A stretch of DNA of 64,000 nt from Ascidiella aspersa (Eukaryota): contig OZ004612.1 of NCBI GenBank assembly GCA_963924565.1, positions 6,882,001-6,946,000 of the forward strand, read 5' to 3'. The notes below the pieces were generated by a model. It was not told the DNA's origin, did no database searches, and saw only the letters and a list, made by a program, of their open reading frames with translations. The position numbers were made by a program, and so were the translations under genes. This document shows, piece by piece, positions 40,831-51,800 of this stretch. Within the stretch, counting starts at the first letter, position 1. Each line of letters begins with the position of its first letter.

Positions 40831-41963
40831 TTTGTAGGCGTTGGGTTGATATTGCATTAATTCAGCGCACTATATTAGTTCAAGTAATGAACAAAGCCTA
40901 CTGCAAACTCTAAACAGTACAGATGTTTTTTGGGGGCGAAGCAAAACATACTGAAGTGTACAGTTACTTAATATTACGTCTGAATGCGTTTGGTGTGTTA
41001 TGTGTTATTATTACGATGGCAATTATTGTTTTCATCAAATAGATTACTAGTGATTTTACACTAATATAGCGGGTGAAGACATGCAAATTAAAAAGGGCTT
41101 TTCGTATTGACAAATTTACAGGTACTGTTTTTATTAGGGGAAGTTGAGTTTTGAATAGCGGTTAAAGGGTCAACGGAATAATCATGTTGAGAACCACTGC
41201 TTTAATGTGTATAAAGTTTTCAAAAAGGTATTGGCATATACCTGGCATTGCACAGCAAACCGCCAGTGCGTCACATAGCCGACGGGAAATACGGTAAACC
41301 TCTATTGTCTATACGTAACGAATTATGCTAATAAAGATATGTTTATCTCATCAATAAAAGATAAACATTATTCGGCAAACCGTTTTTAATATAAAATTTT
41401 TTGGCAAAGTGATTTTTTCGAATAGCATTTATGTTTTTTTTGAAATACTGTTATCTGTAAGATATCAAGGAAGTTTTGAGTCCTTCTATAGGTTCGTCTT
41501 CTGCATTTGTGAGTGACATTGGCTCAAAATGCCGCGCACTTTTCGCCTATGATGATTAGACACGAATCTTGTCGTTTTGTGTGCGACTCTGAAATAGACG
41601 TTGATTTGAACGGTACCCATGGTCTAGCCCTTTTATCCTTATGCCTATACCTAGTCTTTCTACAATAATTTGCTTATTTAGTTGTCAACACCTCTGGGAA
41701 CAAGGGCATTATATTTAATATTGCAGTTAATACATCAAACCCGCAATGCCATAAGTTTAACACCGCAAATAATTTGGAAATCTCCTGTATTTAATTGCAA
41801 AAGAAGTACGCTTGAACTTAAACATCATATTTAGACATGACTATATATAGCTTTCGAAAAGTAACAAATTATACCAAGGCTGTTAACCATAATTTAATAA
41901 CTTTTAACATACTGAAATCATATTCTTCATTCAACATAATTCCATACATAGTTTTCATTGTAC

Positions 41964-42082
41964 CTTGCTTTCAGTTAGAGATTTTCCTATGTCTTGACCT
42001 ATTATGTTATGTTGCAGATGTTGAAGCGACACTCTCGGGAACATTGGTGTATGTTGTCGGCAAAATTTCTGCGAAACTCGGG
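41964..42082 (-). pseudogene. Degenerate VWA exon relic (possible fourth paralog)
   Basis: tttag|C CCG AGT TTC GCA = PSFAEILPTTYTNVP versus copy-2 exon PKFASLIPYYYTTP. Same start phase and AAG|gt end, but with stops and a deletion. Confidence 0.4.
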
Positions 42083-44339
42083 CTAAATACAAACTAAAGG
42101 GAATTTCAACATGTTAAGAGCCCCCACTACATAGATAGGGGAAAACGTGTTGCTGAAGCCTACTGGTCCTTAACCCGTTTTATACCGCGCCACCCTTCGT
42201 TAATTGTCCTGTGCGTTCCGCCCCCTCAGATATCACATAAGTGTCCCAGGAAAAAAATCGACATTTTTCGATTACATATAAGTAAGAAATATTAAAGTGC
42301 AAAGATCAAAAGCGAACTCATGCGTTCTATGTGTAATACAAGCTCAAAAGCAAAACAAGATTGTCAAAATAAATTTTTAATGAAGCAAAAGTATCTCTAT
42401 AATTTCAGTATATAATTGCCAACGGCTTTTGTGGGATGGGTCCGATTAAATAACCATGTCTTTAGTAAACAAGCAACAATTTAAGCAATGCAAAAATCTG
42501 AATAATTTTATTGTTAAATGCTCTGTATATTTGGAAGCTAGAGATTCATAAACGCTATTGGCGAGGCGTACAACATCGTCGGGTTAAAAATGTAACGCTG
42601 TTGTTGGAGAAAGAAAAAAGGAAAGTTGTAGGAATTGAATAGCACTTAACCTAGACAACCTGATATGTCAACACCAGCTGTGCCCTTATTTGCTGATTCC
42701 TTATTCTCAACTGACGAATGGCCCGTTTACACTCGACTAGTATTATTAGGTGTGCTGAGCTAAGCTGGGCGTGAAATTGCGTTTGTACTATGGCTGCGTA
42801 GAGCCTATTGTTTAAAAAAGTCACATGATTAAACAGCTGTTTATTGTTAGCTGCTGTTCGATTAACGCTTGGTACAGTAAAAAAAACTGGCATAACAAGA
42901 AGGCGCCAGCACAACAAATTGAATACATTTGTTACTATGCAGCCTGGTTTTACAACTAAATAGCGTTTTTCAAAGCGCTAATTTCATTACGTAAATAGTA
43001 GGATACATACTCACTTCTTTTTTGTATTTACGCAACTACCTTTTTAATTTAGAACTTACCAAGTGAAATACAAAGTACATATTTCAGAAAAAATTGCCAA
43101 AAGTAACGCTGTGATCAATTTTATTGTCGCAACAAAACACGCAAAAATCGAGAAAACTATAGCAAAGCGTGAAACTCTAGAAATAATAGAAATTAAATGC
43201 AAATTACGCTTTGTTAGTGTAAACGGGCCTTTGGTGGAGCAGGAACGTAGAGGTATGCCTCAGTTGTAAATACATCAAGTGTAGGCAGTTTAAAGTTTGC
43301 CATACGTGCGGTCATACCACGTTTTAAGCCTGTGAATTATGTGTCATATTACAATATAATTAAACCACTCAAGTGATAGTTTAAACAATATTGCAACTTT
43401 CTACCCAGTTGCATTTACAACTCGCCTTACAAAAAGTTTGAATATGTTAAAAGTCCATAAAAAACAAATTTTGCCTAAGCATTTAGCAAAAACTTACTTT
43501 GGGAAAAGAAAACAGGAGCTAAAGCGAAAAAGCTGGATTACTGTTCTATTTACTGTAATTCCGTGTTTGTAATTACTATGCTCATTAAAAAGTTTTTATG
43601 TCTAGAACACTAGATTGATGGAGTTAATATAAAAAATCGGTTGAATTGGAGGCACATGGAAAAAACTTGGTTACGTAACTCAAACAGTTAAATTTAAGCG
43701 CTCAAAGTAATTTTTTTGGGGGCTCGTCAAAACTTCTTCGAAATCTTGGACAATGCGAGGGCAATTTGCTACTCAGTAGTGTCAGTGTGCAACATTTAGA
43801 AACGTAAATAACAAAGTAAGAAATAAGGCCCTTAGTCTATCTGACTAATTGAACACCCCTGAGGTCTAGTGACACAATATGCTTTTGTGATCCAGTTTGT
43901 TTTTGGCGAACAGTGTCAGTGTTTGTATGAAACAAACGCGGTTTGTGGAATCGCGAAAGATTGATTAAGTGCTATACAAATGATGTTTTGGGGTAATTGA
44001 ACTTGTTAAGTATCGTAAAGGTCACATTGAAATCATTGGGTAGGGAAATATGGCAACGCAATTTTGGCTCCCTTTTTCATGCCTGTTGGGTAATTATAAC
44101 TGCTACTTCACACTTGATATATTACTTCCTCTGCTGATTAACCTGCTCACAAGCCAACATTACCGTGACTGAAATGTTAATTGCATAGTTAAGTTCATAG
44201 TTCAGTTTTTTAACAGTTTTCAAACCGTGATATTTCGCCAATAAGATTAATCAATTAATTTCTACACATCCGACCATTTTTGAGTGCTGCTATGGAAGAG
44301 TATATCCAAACTTTTTTCGTTCAATTGTTGTACATACAT

Positions 44340-44875
44340 CTTAAGACAAAAAAGTCTTCGTATTCTGCTTAGTAAACAGAATAATACAGCAGTTACCGTA
44401 AATTAGGAAAGCCGTTTGAATAAAGTTGTTGACTGACATCAAGCAATATCCACAAAATAACTGCCATTTAACATCAACTAACCCATGAATCATACCTTTA
44501 AAGCGCCAAAACCCGGTACATATAGCATGTTTGGTCAAGCTTGCCCGGAAATCAAGTATTGCCTAAAAGCTATAGGAGGTTACCTGTTCAATCCAACAAC
44601 GTCCGTTGGGGGGGGGAGGGGGGGGGGTCACTAAAAGCGGCGCAAAGTGACTTACTGTGAAACAAACATTTTAAACTAGATTTAGCATCGATTTAGCATC
44701 GATTTAGTTTTTAAAACACGATTATGTTTTAAAGAGGCATGAAATTACTTAATCTACAGTGTTTAATCGAAATAATATTTGCCCGGTTTCTTATACTCTA
44801 TACGTGTAAAACGACACTTGCTATAGTCTATATGTACTAAATAATCTTCTCAGAATTGTCATTATCAGTAGTTTG
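44340..44875 (-). pseudogene. Internally deleted duplicate of the 5' region of aGPCR copy 3
   Basis: 44400-44606 matches 53568-53776 (intron plus end of Sushi exon); 44629-44872 matches 54514-54742. They are joined by G9-A-G10 at 44608-44627. Confidence 0.85.
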
Positions 44876-45511
44876 ATCAGGGTGGGAAACACTAGGACAT
44901 GTCCCCCAAACAATGTTTCTTGCCACATTTTACAATATCAAAGCAAACTGTTTTGCGGTTTGCGCGAATATTTCGGCCTTGTTGTTGTTTACGAATTTTC
45001 GCCTTTCGTATTGCGCTTCTACATTATTGCAAAAATGTATAGCGACGGTTTTAACAAATCTCTTTATTTCCATCAATTGAGGAAATTAAATCATGACGAC
45101 ATTAAATTCAATTTTCGTTTTTATTTTCAGACAGCGTGGCGCATCTGTAGAGAGCGAGTGTGTAATAACCCAACTTTTCGCGCAGTGTGCGCTGTCTGTT
45201 TGGAATGGTTCACCAACTCATATACACATGAATGGCCATCGAATGACTCACAATATCGGAGGCCTGGAATTCTATTTAAGCTGGGCAACGCCGGGTATTT
45301 CGTCTATCTATAGTATAAATTAAAAAAAATTTCATTCGAAAGTTCTAATGCTCGGTTATTTTGTTTAAAATACAACTATCACCTTACTTTGTTTTTTATG
45401 CGTAATATTCACAATGATTCCATAAAATAAATGTAGGCCTACCGGTCAGTCAGAAATTTAGTTGTTTTAATTTTTATTTTGGTATTAGGCACTCCACAAG
45501 ACTATATAGAC

Positions 45512-46651
45512 TAGAGGTTCCCAACGTGGCTGTACCGCCCCCCTGTGGGCGTTGGCGAGTTCCAAGGGGCGTTTTTAGTCTTTTCTTGATTTGGTGGGCG
45601 CTGAACGCATATAAAGGGGCGTTACATGAAAGTACTTATATCAAAATTTTATAAAAAGTTCACTTAAAAATAGTAACAAACAGCAATGTAGGACGTAGGT
45701 AACTTTTAACCTTAAATGGCAACTTCCGTACTGCGAACTTGTAGTAGTTTCCCTCCCATTGTTACGTAATAATTGGCTTTCTTATGTAAAGCTGTTGGCT
45801 GCGGTTGCGTTTCACCGTTTTACTTTTATACGCGGCAAAATCTTTGTATATTTAAAGCAGGGGTCTCCAATCTACGGCCCTCTACCCGCCGCCTCTTTGA
45901 CAACTAGACACGAGTCCATTTTAAACACTTTTTGACTATTTTAACTTAGTACGGGCGAAAAATTTTCGCGCTGCGTGCGAATGATCTTTCTACGTCCAGT
46001 TTGTTTAAGTTTTGATGCTGTATTTGCACTAGATCAGCGCTTCTTTACCGTTCGGACGTGGAAGGCTGCCAAGTGTGTCGCGGACAAACGAAAAACGTAT
46101 TCAAAAATATTAGACATATATTTTTTAACATTTTTTATTTTTTCGCCAATGTAATAAAAACTAGCAGGAAATTTAAAAGAAATACCGTTATACCCCCAAA
46201 AAATCGCGATCGCTTCGCTCGCCAGGTGCGCAGGTACTTCAAAACATTAACAAACACTATTACACTTTTCATTATTAGTATGGATAAAAAAAATCCGAGG
46301 CCCGCCTGATTCAGAGTTGTTCTAACATTTTGCGCGGCCCATAGAGACATTGATGAGTTTGGTTGGTGCCCGCGACTAGAAAAGGATTTAAAGTCTTGGT
46401 GCAGAAAGATATGAATTTTTCCTGGTAATGGCATAACCTGGTGAAATAATGTATGTATAAATTCCAATAGTGAATGTAGTGAATGACAACCTAAAATATG
46501 ACTGACAGCTCATCGAAACGAAAGTGAAGACAATATTATGTTAGACAACGATTAATATAATACTTTACTGTAAAGCAAGATGACGGGGGCGATATAAAAT
46601 AATAATATTGAGCCCAAGGGGGCTAAGTGTAAAAAAGGTTGGAAAACACTG
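45512..46651. mobile_element. hAT-like non-autonomous element with nested insertions
   Basis: Ends tagaggttcccaac / gttggaaaacactg with a perfect 8-bp TSD atatagac. Inner element starts at 45858 (caggggtctccaa, flanked by atttaaag at 45850 and 46386) and at 46034. Confidence 0.85.
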
Positions 46652-48247
46652 ATATAGACTAATAAACCGCATAAGTTGCATGTAAAGTTTGTTGCACTTT
46701 TTCATTTTTTATTTTTCTTGTTTGTAAAAAGCAACAATTGCGTACATGATACATTATTTTATCAGTGAAGTTTAACTTGAGCAAATTACATTGCGCTAAT
46801 ATCAGCTATATAAAACAGTAAATCATAAATCGAACTTTTTTACTCCTTAATAATAATGAGAGGCCAGTTTTAAATTTACGACTTTGCTACAATCGCCCAA
46901 TATTTCCTTAATGGGGCGTCGTACCTGAACCTGCCATAGTTGCCACTTACTACTTACTAAGAATTAATTTTTTTTTAATTTTATTTTTTTTTAAGTTTCG
47001 TTATCCCCGTTTGGAATGTTTTACTTTGCACTACTCTAATGGAGATGCCTGTGTTTTGGTGTATATTTAAAAGTACCTTACACATCACTAACAATTTAAT
47101 TGAAAAGGTTCGTCAACATTTTATTCGAATTAGTTCAAAGCACACTCGGCTTGGAAAACACACAAAAAACAGAGTTTTCACGAAATAATAAACAGGATGT
47201 GCAATATACAGAATAACGTAAATGCAAAACCATTAATATATATTAAAAAAACAAAAACAATGGAAAGACGGGCAATTGAACAAACATTATAGTTTGTATG
47301 AAGTGATGTTCGTGAGTTTTTTTCGCTTTGAAATCCTGATTACAAAATGTTTACTTATAGGTACTCCGTTTACGATAAGATAGACCGTGTTACGTCGTTT
47401 TATTCCAACTTCAGGGACGAAAATAAATGCGTATATAACTTCAGGGACGAAAATGCGTATTATATAAGTATTAAATTCTACTATTTTAGCGTAATATGTT
47501 TAGTACCGTTGCAAGTGGTGATCATTTAGCCCATATTTATCAAACGCAGTCGCATGTTTGGTTTTGAAAATCTAAAAACGGAAAAGCAAGCACTACTGAA
47601 ATTAAAATATTTTTTCATGAAACAATAAAGAAACTATTTGCTGGCCGTGAATACTAAACCATAATATATATTAAAACACAACTAAACGTTTTGCGAAGTT
47701 TACAAACAGGAAGCGTAAAACACTAAAGGGCGCGGCATTCGACAACATCAAGTTATTAACGTTCTACGGTTATTTGAGAAAGTAAAGACAAAGATTTATG
47801 TTGGACAACCTGTAGCCCTTCACCACCCGTGTAACTCCTGATTTGATTGATAACCGTTCACAGAGCAGGCAAGAAGAACACTAACGCCGTGCGGAATTCC
47901 TTAAGTGTTGAACGTTTTAAAAATTGTGCAAAATCTTAAGTCGCGTAAGGCCAGTGTTGAGACGCCAGTTTTTGCTTATAATTAAATTTTAAATAGCGAA
48001 ACTGTACTTAATGGTGAAATAGTATCAATAGCATTTTAAATACTTTACCAGGTTGCACTTTTACCCGCTTAACTTTTCATGAGCTACCCGAAAATCCAGT
48101 TTTACCAAAAAGTCCTTAAAACAAAACGCAAAAAGCGTAAGGCAAATTCGAACAAACATATATTGTATATAAAAAATTACAATAGTTGCATAAACAGTAT
48201 AAAAAAGTTTCTTATCCACAGTTATAGTTCAATGGGAGCATAGAAGA

Positions 48248-48880
48248 TCATTTATTTGTGTTTGGAATCGTCAACCTTTCCACGTCAATCGATACGCTGC
48301 TCGTACGACGGGAAAATCTGGAGCTGGAAAACATCGCTGCGATCACTGAATGGAGCTCCGCCTTGTTCACAACATTCCGTTGCTGCTGCTCGTGATCGCT
48401 TGATTCCGCTTCGTCCTGGATATCTTCAGAGGTATTTATACCCGCCTCTTGTTCAAAGTTGTCAGAACGGCGTTTTCTATTTTCTTGCTGAAGAAGCAGT
48501 TGATCATTGCTGGGGCTGGGGCTGGGGTGGTGCTGGGGTGGTGCTGGTGCTGGGGCTGGTGCTGGGGATGGGGCTTGGGCTGGTATTTGGTTCGACTTGG
48601 GCTTGGGGCTGGGCTGGGCTGGGGCTGGGGCTGGGGCTGGGGCTGGGGCTGGGGCTGGGGCTGGGGCTGGGGCTGGGGCTGGTATTTGGGATTGGACTTG
48701 GGGCTGAGCTGGGACTTGCGCTGAAGCTGGGGCTGGGACTGGGGATGTGGCGGGGACGGGGGCGCTTCTATTTCGAACCTTATTCACTTTCTCACCTTCG
48801 TCTTGTTCAAAGGTTTCAGTGCGTCGCGGCGTACATTCTTCTGAAGACTCAGTTGACGAGCTCGAAAGATTTTCACGCAA
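48248..48880 (-). other. Out-of-frame ~205-aa Ser/Glu- and Pro-Ala-rich C-terminal tail of copy 3
   Basis: The open frame overlaps the last exon. Its GAG TCT TCA (ESS) aligns with the ESS of copy 2, implying an indel near 48870. Confidence 0.7.
48600..48682. repeat. (GGGGCT)n hexamer repeat encoding (Pro-Ala)n on the minus strand
   Basis: Direct inspection; degenerate copies extend over ~48510-48760. Confidence 0.95.
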
Positions 48881-51800
48881 ACAAAACTTTGTTGAATTAC
48901 GTCATTCTTGAGGCAGTAGCAATAGAACACCGCCAGTCCCTGCAGTCCATTAACCAGCGTGTGGATATACGTCATCACTTCTGACGTCACCTCGTCACCA
49001 ATGTCTAGGAAAACAAAAAAATAATGATATGAAATTAAACAAACGTAAGGGTAAAGGCCTTGTCACCAAATGCCATTGTTCTTGCTAATCATTATCTCAA
49101 TCTAAAATTTTATTCGAAACAAATTTGCAGCGTTGTAATAAAGACTTTGTAACTTACGGGGACCTTTAACAATTTTTCTATTTTATATTAGTTCGATGAG
49201 TGGCCATGACTTTTTGGAATTCTTACCAGTGAAAAATCCAAGAACCCAAGTCGTTCCAAGAACCAGCATCAAGAAAAAGAAGGCGCCGACAAACGTTTTC
49301 GCGTCTTGATTTCTTTCCTCTGGACTTCTTCGTTTCTTATTCTTCCTGGAGGAAAGAAGTACAAAGGCACCAATGAGAGCAAAGATGACGTTGACCACCA
49401 GGCAAATCGCGATCGGCACGATCACAGTAAAAATAAACACGTTGGTGACAGGATCCAGCCAGCATTTGGCGAATTTGCTTCCCCCTTTTTGTGCCACGGT
49501 ATTGGGATTGACTTTCATGTAGTATCCTGTAGGAAGACCAGCGGCGAGCGCTGATACAACTAGAAGTGCCGGGATGAGCCAACCGACCACCAAGAACAAC
49601 TTGGATCGCTTCTGAGAGTCTTGAACCTGGAATCCAATCGGGTTCGTCATGGCCATTGTCATTCGGATTCCGTCGATCGTAAACCAGCAGCCTGAAAAAA
49701 ATTATTAAAGCGTTGGTTGTTTGCGACAAACTTAAAAGTAGGAAAAACTGATGGGGCGTAAAGATGAGCGACAGTAAGACAAAAATATCATTCTAAAATA
49801 TAGTTCAGAAACATTAAATTGTCTCCAAGTCAAATCTAATAAAAAAACAAAATAGTAAAACAAATAAATCTATGTCCCGACAGTAACAAATAAATTACTG
49901 TAAAGTAAAACATGGCTGAAAACTAGAAATTCCACAATCCCCAAAAAGGTTATTTGTTATAAACAAAGCAGTTTAGCAGACAGACATTTAATTTTGCAAT
50001 GGAATGTAAGAGCAACAGCAGGCTCTTGAAACACGGCAATATTTTTTACGGTTGCTACCTGATGCTAGTAAGAAGAAGTGGATGCACGCAGAGAGGAAGA
50101 CACATCCGACTTCATTGAGGATCGCAGCATCCTGGAGGAGATTGGCGACGTGGAGGAGCAGGAGGGAGAAGACGACGCAGAGCTGGATGAGGGTCCTGTC
50201 GCTCGCGATTTGGAGCTTATTACGTAACATTAGCACGAAGCTGAGCAGGAGAAAGCAAACCGAAACCGACTCGCAAATGTAAGACAAAACCTGAAATGGC
50301 AAAACCCTGTTAATCACCAGTGAAAATAAAGTTTGACGTTAACCGCACAATTTGTTTTGGTAATATATTTTGTGGAGCTTATTCAAGAACAATATCCCAG
50401 TAAGCCTAAATTAATTCAGAATCATTAATTTAATGAAGGTAATAAAGTCAAAAATAGTTGACAAACAGAATTGCCACTTGCTTACTTTAACTCCAAGTGA
50501 AATAACCTTTGTCTTTATGGAGAGTAGAATAGCGAACACGGTGAGGTGATCACATTCGCAGTAGACTCGATCGCCTATTACTGTACTGCGACATCCAGCG
50601 ATGGAATATGTCGAAGATCGTTCGATGAAAGCGCAAGCCCATTCCACATTTTCTAGGTCTAAGTTAGCCGAGGAAATTACAGTGTTTTCGCACACCTTGC
50701 GCGATATCAGTTCATCGTTGGTAAGTTTCCGTGAAAATGCAATAGAGCCATTCAGCCTGGCGCCAGTTTTTATATCATAGCCTGACACGCCGATGTAAAT
50801 GTTGGGGCTTAGTTCGGCGTAACGTGTGTTGGGCTTTGGTTTATTGGGTGTGACGAAGGTGCATTGCGTTAAGGCTTTGTGAACGACGACTTTGAACATG
50901 ATAATAGCCACTCCGGATTTGCCTGCTTTTCGGAAGGTAGAATTTACCGAGGAATTTGTAAAATTGATCAAACCTGAATGATAAGTTCCGCCTGTTGACG
51001 TAAGACGTTTCACCACAACTTGTACGCTGATGTGCTTGAGGTTATATTCCAATGTATAATTGCCCTTTGTGAGTTGGCTTAGGTCGCTTTCAAACGTGTT
51101 AAGATATTCCAAACCGTTGCGGAAACCTTTTGTGATTTTGATCAGCAAGCTCATGTTTGGTTCGGGTTCTAAAACGAAGACTTCTTAGTATTCCCATTTT
51201 TAGAAAGACTACATGTCGAAAGGCTGTTTTTAAACTTTATTTGAAACTGTATTACTTTCGAAAAGGATGAGAACTATATAGGCTTAATAGGGATTGCTGT
51301 GCATGCATATCTTACTGCACACTGTAGTTTTCATGTGTAACATGGATGTCAATAACCAAGAAAAAGTTGTTACTTGGAAATAAAATAAAATGTTTGCAGA
51401 TTAGGAATAATGTAAAGCATATAGCGATGTTATGTATTACATTGACTTTCAATATTTATTTGGCCAATCTGCAGTCAATGTGGTCGTATCTTAGTGCTAC
51501 AAATTTTGTTGCCAAAATATCGATCATACACAAAATATGCAGCTACTTTCAGTCAGCACTAGAGCAGTGCTCCGCAACTTTTTTCACTTGCGGCACACCA
51601 ACAGAGCTAAAAATATTCGGCGGCACACTTACGAATTATATGAAGATCGACAATAGACAACAAAAGCAAGATTCCAGGCTACCCAGGGAAAATAGGCGAC
51701 TTTTCATTAAACGCGCTGCAGGCGCCGAAAATTTGACGTTACATACTCTTGCATCTTCTGTTTTTACGGTATTCCTAAAACATCATAAGAAGGCCACAGG

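Noticed and set aside
48256-48984. Plus-strand GL/GW/GA-repeat ORFs
   Set aside because: Antisense shadows of the hexamer repeat and the last exon of copy 3.
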